The position numbers and the translations under genes were made by a program. A stretch of DNA of 64,000 nt from Candidatus Thalassarchaeum sp. GTDB taxonomy: Archaea; Thermoplasmatota; Poseidoniia; Poseidoniales; Thalassarchaeaceae. A model generated the notes under the pieces. It was given only the letters and a program-made list of their open reading frames with translations. It did no database searches and was not told the origin of the DNA. This document shows, in pieces, positions 58,801 through 64,000 of the stretch (positions within the stretch are counted from its first letter, which is position 1; each line of letters opens with the position of its first letter). The stretch covers positions 44,413-108,412 of the forward strand of contig JAKUOA010000006.1 in assembly GCA_022451235.1 (NCBI GenBank), given 5' to 3'.

Positions 58801-60633
58801 TTCTACTAGCCAAGAATCCTCAATCGGCCTTTCATAAACTAACCAATCACCCTCTCCTGGAGGTGGCGGTTCTGTTGTGTTCCCTCCTCCGTTATTTCCT
58901 CCACCATCTCCTAACAGAGCGGATAAAATCAGATTCCCATCAATTATTCCAAATCCATATTTCTCATTCCAAGTATCCGAAATATCTGGTTCAGATGCCT
59001 CCCCCTTCGGTTCGGAATTTTCTCTCAATAATTCCTTTACTTCGGCAGGATTCAGATCTAGTCCTTCCTCTTCGCTAATTTGTAAAATCACTGCTACCAA
59101 ACCTGCTACTGCGGGACATGCCATACTCGTCCCACTCATTTCCGTATAGCTATCTTCAGCAAGTGGTTTTGGTGTACCAGGTAATTGGCTTGATGAAGCA
59201 GCATGCGCTGCAGAATTCATATCGCTTCCTGGTGCTACCACGTCTGGCTTGAGTTCCTCTTCTCTGTCGTCGTCCCCATCGTCTTCTCTAGGGCCGGAAT
59301 TAGAGTATGAAGCAATCGAATCGTCGCCTCTATCGATGGTATCTTTATCATCAATTGACCCAACTGTAATTGCTTGGTCTGCGGCTCCTACAGAAGTGAC
59401 CCTTCTTCTTCCATCATTTCCAATCGCTGCGACGGGAACTATACCTGCCTCAGCCGCTTGGTTTACCGCACGGGCGTCTGCAGCAGACCCGTTATCTCCG
59501 GGGTCATCGCCATTTGGATCACCGAGGCTACCGAAAGACATTGACATGACTTGGATTCCTTCGCTAGAGTCATTATTACCCCAGTCGGTATCTACATTGG
59601 CAGCTACCCAATTTATTCCCTTTAGTGTTGCAGCGGAATTGGTGCCCCCTGTATCAGTCATGACTTTGACATCCACTAGGTATGCGCCTGGGGCATAACC
59701 CTGATTTATTCGTCTTGAATCTCCTGTGCCAAGTGCAATTCCTGCTACATGAGTCCCATGTCCATCTCCATCATCAGGATCGTGCGTGCCTTCGTTATTG
59801 CATTCATTTTGATTCAACGAAGTGGCATCACAACCGGCGATCCACTTTGGGTCTGGAAGATCTTCGGGATCATTCTCATTATCATCGTTATCATCCGAAA
59901 AATCGTCTAAGGAGAAGTGTTCATTATCGACTCCTGTATCGAGAATAGCAATTACAATCCCCGAACCATCGTAACCGAAGTCTCGCATAGTTTCGTCATA
60001 TCGTTCTGAATCTCGTACCTTGGAACCTCTAGTAGCGGTATCTAGTGATGGAACAATTACATTCTGTTCCTCGACCATAACAACCCCATCAAGTTGCCAA
60101 ATCTCAATTAAAGCACTAACTGGCACATGGTCGAGAACTATACTGTCTAGAATATCCATTTCGAAGAACCAAGATCCCTCTTGCTCCCAACCATGAGATT
60201 CGAGAACTTCTCTTAGAGCAGCCGTATCGCTAGGGCCTGGGTGCCAAGCGTAATCAACAACGATTGCAACAGTAGGTCTACCATCTAGTCCAATTATTGC
60301 TGTAGAGGAAACTGATTCACGTTGACCAGCGATGATTCTTTGCAAACGATCATCCATACCATCAGAATCCAAATCGTACCAATAGCTGAACCACCACCCC
60401 TCTTCCTCTACAGGGAATCCTGCATCAAAGGGAGGACTTCTAACAGATCTATCTATGGGGTCGCATATGACCTCTCCACACATTAATGCAGGTGGCCAAT
60501 TTCCCGGCCTTTCTTTGCTAGGCAAATCTTCGGTTTGAATGGCTGTGGATGCAGATACCCCTACTCCCATATCCATGACTAGAATCATTGCAACTAGCAC
60601 CAGCGGGGTGAGGTTTAGGCGTCTTCCAGACAT
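55831..60633 (-). CDS. Giant (1600 aa) secreted subtilisin-like serine protease (S8) with CARDB-like and beta-rich domains, a C-terminal TM and a cytoplasmic Zn-ribbon tail
   Basis: It has a signal peptide. The catalytic residues are all present: Asp (IAILDTGVD), His (HGTHVAGIALG), Asn (AAIGNDG) and Ser (GTSMACPAVAGL). It contains a CARDB-like ILEIDETNND. The C-terminal TM reads LGGVAIAVLLLCTIVLAV. The tail ends CPECGSQFDVAFDLKMTRCPICAF. Confidence 0.85.
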   Translation of the reverse strand: MSGRRLNLTPLVLVAMILVMDMGVGVSASTAIQTEDLPSKERPGNWPPALMCGEVICDPIDRSVRSPPFDAGFPVEEEGWWFSYWYDLDSDGMDDRLQRIIAGQRESVSSTAIIGLDGRPTVAIVVDYAWHPGPSDTAALREVLESHGWEQEGSWFFEMDILDSIVLDHVPVSALIEIWQLDGVVMVEEQNVIVPSLDTATRGSKVRDSERYDETMRDFGYDGSGIVIAILDTGVDNEHFSLDDFSDDNDDNENDPEDLPDPKWIAGCDATSLNQNECNNEGTHDPDDGDGHGTHVAGIALGTGDSRRINQGYAPGAYLVDVKVMTDTGGTNSAATLKGINWVAANVDTDWGNNDSSEGIQVMSMSFGSLGDPNGDDPGDNGSAADARAVNQAAEAGIVPVAAIGNDGRRRVTSVGAADQAITVGSIDDKDTIDRGDDSIASYSNSGPREDDGDDDREEELKPDVVAPGSDMNSAAHAASSSQLPGTPKPLAEDSYTEMSGTSMACPAVAGLVAVILQISEEEGLDLNPAEVKELLRENSEPKGEASEPDISDTWNEKYGFGIIDGNLILSALLGDGGGNNGGGNTTEPPPPGEGDWLVYERPIEDSWLVEGETYSVRGHIDEDAETNGTIEEVQVKITYTHKPEGSPTQEEILVDWHTAQGTVNWTTDFSIPDFEEDEINALEIKISVQARNEWDQWSNKQRQNHDIGRVSLTLDSPSGQNFVEGNVQFEGEYETVNGGTLQWRIGKEDWVDERTYTGSGGTTDMFNFIWDSTEHPDGSHRISLRFVSGTSVRSEEVRVTLDIDNQPPAPDLMFRSGITVSEWGIPLSETYVNSFVDVSAEIRNDGDESATNVVVFLLEEGTRKYELTIPTIDSGDIVDVTLYWNPLSVGQRELSIALDPGDAILEIDETNNDQSIEFDVIDRPEGVDLAFSNGAFTTTPTIPRPGEQFKINARVDNLGSSAAEQIEAQLHLYTERGWELTSSTTIPRIEGGYAETVSFAQTNEESGAFKFRISLSGPVLSDIDWSNNQAEWSILIEKSTVSGGRGLNFQTGETPVEVIDLDGEGIVVTSKDGGLALYRLNSNKGMTACSNMLEEKWSGDFVAAPTSDGIAHIVWSRRFLDTSGYLKQTVSYSTIDSACEMRPIQDLMDPILLSDGKYWGIDIDVDGTKLLVAGYHRDLLTGGSFQDLTSIFILEADAPTSSNDWRLTPNAISDIDVIAGYTDPVQIEYGEEDGHILYQSMRNDTTGNDRLGLWYAHGDIKQSSWTYKKAVGDYASLPQMKVNTIDEEDRLVVAWKEGEGIDSELITRIVDDTFNIIENSSMQFSARGLSQIVFIETSRGIQVMHDMVGPGGPQVQYGMINSETPWMAISNRISDGWLHSVSRSSASGEAVIIHTSTQGWVIRAVIDDSKPNTGPTDILEELRFQLGLDEGSFNILLGGVAIAVLLLCTIVLAVMSGRAIRWIGGRRRKSVQGVIMLEDDVVDVIDEDDIPVEAIDTSSIVEVVDINVENTSPRRERRQRRTTQPEMAEIPTTIPEMTQTATNDGVVAKPLPPMGDATTLPGLPPLNKPVLCPECGSQFDVAFDLKMTRCPICAFRINL

Positions 60634-60702
60634 GGCTCTGCAAGCAGAGCCAGCGTAGTTCGGGGTATAAGCCGAACCCGTACAAGAGCCATCAAGAGGC
60701 CA

Positions 60703-61680
60703 TCATGGCCAGTTGATATGATTTTTCGAGTGAGCGCATTTTAGGGTACAATTCTGCCCTGATATTACAGCATGAACCTCTCCGCTACAAACAGGGCAGA
60801 GTACCTGTTCTGCAAGCTCCTCTAACCAGGCTCTTCGAGTCTCAAGTTCATCACCTTCTTCTCTAAGCCTCTTGAGTATTCTAGCAGCCTCCTCTTTCAA
60901 ACCATCCCCTGCTTCTGACCAAGGGTCCGAATCAAGACTACCCATCTTCGCAGTGGCCGCTTCTCTTGCCGCCTTCGATGCCGTAGAACCCGCTATGGAA
61001 ATATCGCTGGAATCATCTAATTTCGACGGTGCGCCTCTAGCGATTGGTCTTGCTAAAATCCAAGCAAGCATAAATCCTCCAAGATGGGCCATATGCGCCA
61101 CATTTGTTACTGATTGTTCTGCTTCGATTTGGTACACATTCCAGACTTCAATACCTAGTCTGAATGCTACAATTCCCCAAACAGGCCAAGCTCGAATGAT
61201 GAAGAGCAGAGGGAATTCAATACGATCATTCGGCCAGCAAGCCATGTAAGCCCCAAGAATGCCGAAGGCCGCCCCACTCGCACCAATGGCGGGGCTTATC
61301 GAATCAGGATGGGTTAGCACCCATGCGATATTGCCTCCTAATAGACCAAGGAAGTAAACCAATATCCAGCGTAATTTACCCATTCGTTGTTCAAGGGGAA
61401 CACCTGCTAGAGCGATCACCAATATATTACCTAGAACGTGAATCCAATTTGCATGAAGCCAAGCACAGGTAATAAATCGATGAATCTGGTCGGGATGATC
61501 TGCAATTTTTGGGATTATTGAAAGAAAGGCAATAGGTGTAAAATCGAGGAACCCCATATCGATAATCATCTGAAAGAAAGTTACCAATAATAATGATAAA
61601 ACTGTGGCTAGGGCTATGCTTGTATCTTGTTTCCAAGCTACGATATATGGTGTTGTTGCAATTACTAGAAACAACACCAA
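60703..61680 (-). CDS. Rhomboid-family intramembrane serine protease with a C-terminal cytoplasmic coiled-coil and Zn-ribbon extension
   Basis: It has the GxSG motif AIGASGAAFGILGAY and the catalytic His helix AHLGGFMLAW. It has 6 TM helices. The 125-aa C-terminal tail ends LCPVCSGEVHAVISGQNCTLKCAHS. Confidence 0.85.
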   Translation of the reverse strand: MVLFLVIATTPYIVAWKQDTSIALATVLSLLLVTFFQMIIDMGFLDFTPIAFLSIIPKIADHPDQIHRFITCAWLHANWIHVLGNILVIALAGVPLEQRMGKLRWILVYFLGLLGGNIAWVLTHPDSISPAIGASGAAFGILGAYMACWPNDRIEFPLLFIIRAWPVWGIVAFRLGIEVWNVYQIEAEQSVTNVAHMAHLGGFMLAWILARPIARGAPSKLDDSSDISIAGSTASKAAREAATAKMGSLDSDPWSEAGDGLKEEAARILKRLREEGDELETRRAWLEELAEQVLCPVCSGEVHAVISGQNCTLKCAHSKNHINWP

Positions 61681-61828
61681 TGCCGCCCAATCAGACCCTG
61701 TTAGGTCGGACCAAACAAACTCATAATCTGCGGTAGCCAGCTCTCTCCCTCGGGCCTCGACAGAGCCTCTATGTGCATAGGGACTTCGATGGAACTACTC
61801 AAACGCAGGCTGCTAGTGGGGGATTATC

Positions 61829-63235
61829 GTGAGCGCGCGAACTTTGCTCTCAGCCCGAGGGTTGGTTGTTGATCGAGGCGCCCGAAAGGTGCTTCGAGAT
61901 GTTGACTTTTCACTCTCTGAGGGTGAGGTCGTTGGTTTGTTGGGAGTAAACGGTTCAGGAAAGTCCACTTTGTTAGAATCGCTTGCAGGATTACATCCAA
62001 TGACTGGCGGAAGTGTTCAAAGAAACGACAGGGGATTTGAAACTACGGTTAGAGACTCGGAAGGTCAGCGTGGAGATATCTCCGGTTTTGGCCTTTGTTT
62101 GCAAACTGAGGGGATGTCTGGTGACGAAACAGTACTCGAAAGAATTCGTGGTGCTTGTAGAGTTGCTGGACTTGCAGATAACTCAGAAGCACTCAATGAA
62201 ATAATCTCAGAATGGGGCCTTGGACACCGAGCAGATGATAGAATATGCAAACTCTCTGGTGGTCTACGCAGAAGAGTTGCAGTTCTGTCCGCAATTGTTC
62301 CAGTTGCTCTGAATTCTGAGCCATCGGTAGTTCTTCTTGATGAACCATCAGAGGGACTCGACCAATCATCTCGAGGACAGTTGTTAGGGTGGTTAAGAGC
62401 ACTAGCAATGAGAGGCCATGGGGTTCTAGTTGCGACTCACGACCCTGAAGTCATAACCGCTTGCGACAGAACTGTCACCATCAGCGAGACCTCAGAATTG
62501 ACAAGTAAGGTACAGGAATCAAACCTAGAACATACAAATCTTCCAGATCCCTCCGCATCAGAATACCATAGAGAATTAGTTGCTTGGACTTGGAGACTTG
62601 AAAGACGCAACCCAATCGATACAATTGGACGCGGAGTCCCTGCCTTGGTCGCCTTATTGCTAGCATTTACACTGTCTACAGATATCGCTAGGAGCAGTGA
62701 AAATTATGATTTGTTAGCCGCTCTAATTCTAACCCCTGCTTTCATCACAGCTATTGTTACTCCAGCTATTATCAAACGACTCGCAGAAGAGAGAGCGGGA
62801 GATTGGTGGAGGGCAATGACCGGTGCCAGCTCAAGAGGCTGGTTTTCCATAATGGGTGTCTCATTGATTCTACCACTGCCAATAATTTACATCTCATGGT
62901 TTGTTATTGCCGACGATACAGCATTGGAAGCAATGAATTCTGATGTTATGTTGTGGCTGTGGTTATTCGCGTTCCTAATCATTGACCTAAGTGTGGCCGC
63001 TTCGGCTTTGCATCTGATGGTGTCCGATCTTACTAGAGCCGGTGCTGTAGCGGGAATTTTATTGCAGCTAGTTCTAATCTGGCCATTCCTGCAAATGACT
63101 AGCGCTCTGACTTCGATAATGAGCAATGGAATGAGTTTTGAATTAGCGCTAGGTGAACCTATTGCAGACATCGCTATAGCATGGCTGACTGTGGTTTTAT
63201 TGTGGGCAATGGCAGTCATCATCCCTGAGGATTGA
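61829..63235 (+). CDS. ccmAB: ABC ATPase fused to a permease domain, CcmA-CcmB-like (heme exporter). It uses a GTG start.
   Basis: It has the Walker A motif LLGVNGSGKSTLLESL, the signature LSGGLRRRVAV, and the Walker B motif VLLDEPSEGLD. The C-terminal half has about 6 TM helices. It lies immediately upstream of a CcmC-like gene. Confidence 0.6.
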   Translation: MSARTLLSARGLVVDRGARKVLRDVDFSLSEGEVVGLLGVNGSGKSTLLESLAGLHPMTGGSVQRNDRGFETTVRDSEGQRGDISGFGLCLQTEGMSGDETVLERIRGACRVAGLADNSEALNEIISEWGLGHRADDRICKLSGGLRRRVAVLSAIVPVALNSEPSVVLLDEPSEGLDQSSRGQLLGWLRALAMRGHGVLVATHDPEVITACDRTVTISETSELTSKVQESNLEHTNLPDPSASEYHRELVAWTWRLERRNPIDTIGRGVPALVALLLAFTLSTDIARSSENYDLLAALILTPAFITAIVTPAIIKRLAEERAGDWWRAMTGASSRGWFSIMGVSLILPLPIIYISWFVIADDTALEAMNSDVMLWLWLFAFLIIDLSVAASALHLMVSDLTRAGAVAGILLQLVLIWPFLQMTSALTSIMSNGMSFELALGEPIADIAIAWLTVVLLWAMAVIIPED

Positions 63236-63972
63236 ATGGTGAGAAAATGAATTTTCGTGATTCCGGTTATGCTCTGACATATCTTGGACTTGCAGGTATC
63301 GTATTTGTTGCAATTCTTGGTTTGGAGTACGCTCCCGGGTTGAAACCATGTACTGGAGGGGGTTGTTGGGGGGCTCCAGAAGCCTACAGAATTCTCTATC
63401 TTCACGTCCCATTTGCTTGGTGTTCATTCTTATCTTTCAGTATCCTATTTTATGGCTCATTGATGTGGTACCTCAAGCGTAGTGAAGACGCTTGGGTTTA
63501 CTTTCAGAGTGGGTCCGATCTTGGTGTAATTTTTGGATTAGGAGTAATTACTTCCGGACCAATTTGGGCATCTGCAGAATGGGGCCGGCCTTGGGATTGG
63601 GGTGATATGAGACTCAATTCCTTCGCCTTACTCACTGCGGTTGCTTTGTTTCTAGTATATTCTCGTCAATCTCAACCCGACACACAACAAAACCGAGATA
63701 CTCTATCAGCAGTTGGTTTGTTCGGCTTCGCCTTAGTCCCGATTACTGCCGGTGCAACCACTTGGTGGGACACTACTCATCCTGAAGTTTTGATTGTAGA
63801 GTCAGGCGAAACATTAGGAATGAGTCCTGAGGTACGATCATTCCTGCTAATCAGTTTTGGACTAATGTGCATTTTATTCACGGGTTTACTAATACTTTCA
63901 AACAAACGATATCGCCTTGCTGCGGAGGTGTCTAGTAGAAAGAATGAGCTTGATCAGGAGGCGATATCTTGA
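63232..63972 (+). CDS. ccmC: Cytochrome c-type biogenesis protein CcmC (heme lyase/exporter WWD family)
   Basis: It has the WWD motif AEWGRPWDWGDMRLNS and conserved His in flanking loops. It overlaps the upstream stop (ATGA). Confidence 0.8.
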   Translation: MNGEKMNFRDSGYALTYLGLAGIVFVAILGLEYAPGLKPCTGGGCWGAPEAYRILYLHVPFAWCSFLSFSILFYGSLMWYLKRSEDAWVYFQSGSDLGVIFGLGVITSGPIWASAEWGRPWDWGDMRLNSFALLTAVALFLVYSRQSQPDTQQNRDTLSAVGLFGFALVPITAGATTWWDTTHPEVLIVESGETLGMSPEVRSFLLISFGLMCILFTGLLILSNKRYRLAAEVSSRKNELDQEAIS

Positions 63973-64000
63973 GTGGTATTACGGAAGCCTACATAGCCTA

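Overview
This looks like a core chromosomal segment of a euryarchaeon. Archaeal markers include the A-type ATP synthase operon (atpC-F-A-B-D), aIF2-gamma, ribosomal proteins S6e and L10e, a canonical Orc1/Cdc6, Dph2, and SMC with ScpA and ScpB. Several bacterial-type genes are also present: mutS, mutL, gyrA, gyrB, class II HMG-CoA reductase, and a CcmAB/CcmC cytochrome c maturation module. Together with the mid GC content, the strong Shine-Dalgarno sites and two giant secreted proteases, this suggests a Thermoplasmatota / Marine Group II-like heterotroph. That placement is inference only. Gene density is high and both strands are used. I found no CRISPR array, transposase or integrase. There is one tRNA-Ser(GCU).

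The most unusual part is a locus at about 16.9-19.6 kb. It has an AT-rich 370-bp intergenic region packed with GCGTTAAT inverted and direct repeats and other short palindromes. Next to it is a divergent Orc1/Cdc6-family paralog. Its Walker A (GSGRTS, K to R) and Walker B (D-Y in place of D-E) are degenerate. About 300 residues of acidic, Pro-rich disordered sequence are inserted before its C-terminal winged helix. A small DUF357-like ORF is translationally coupled downstream. This is a candidate non-canonical origin and initiator-like module, or a regulatory hub. A 12-20 nt promoter-proximal element, CCCTAGGCTCAC, is shared exactly between this gene and mutS.

Other notable items:
- a catalytically dead site-2-protease (M50) homolog with a large, glycosylation-sequon-rich ectodomain;
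- a rhomboid and 1600-aa subtilisin gene pair, both ending in cytoplasmic Zn-ribbons;
- a 1368-aa HEXXH metalloprotease with PKD repeats, coupled to a small anchored partner and next to a membrane-bound glutaminyl cyclase;
- a dTMP-kinase-like protein with a 250-aa extension;
- a polytopic Smr-domain membrane protein divergent from a DUF2085 protein;
- a DUF2752 / TM2 divergent pair;
- a sufCBD / nfu / dtxR iron-sulfur module with a 19-bp palindromic operator candidate;
- several GC-rich ATA-centred palindromes in divergent promoters, including a perfect 25-nt palindrome in the gyrB leader.
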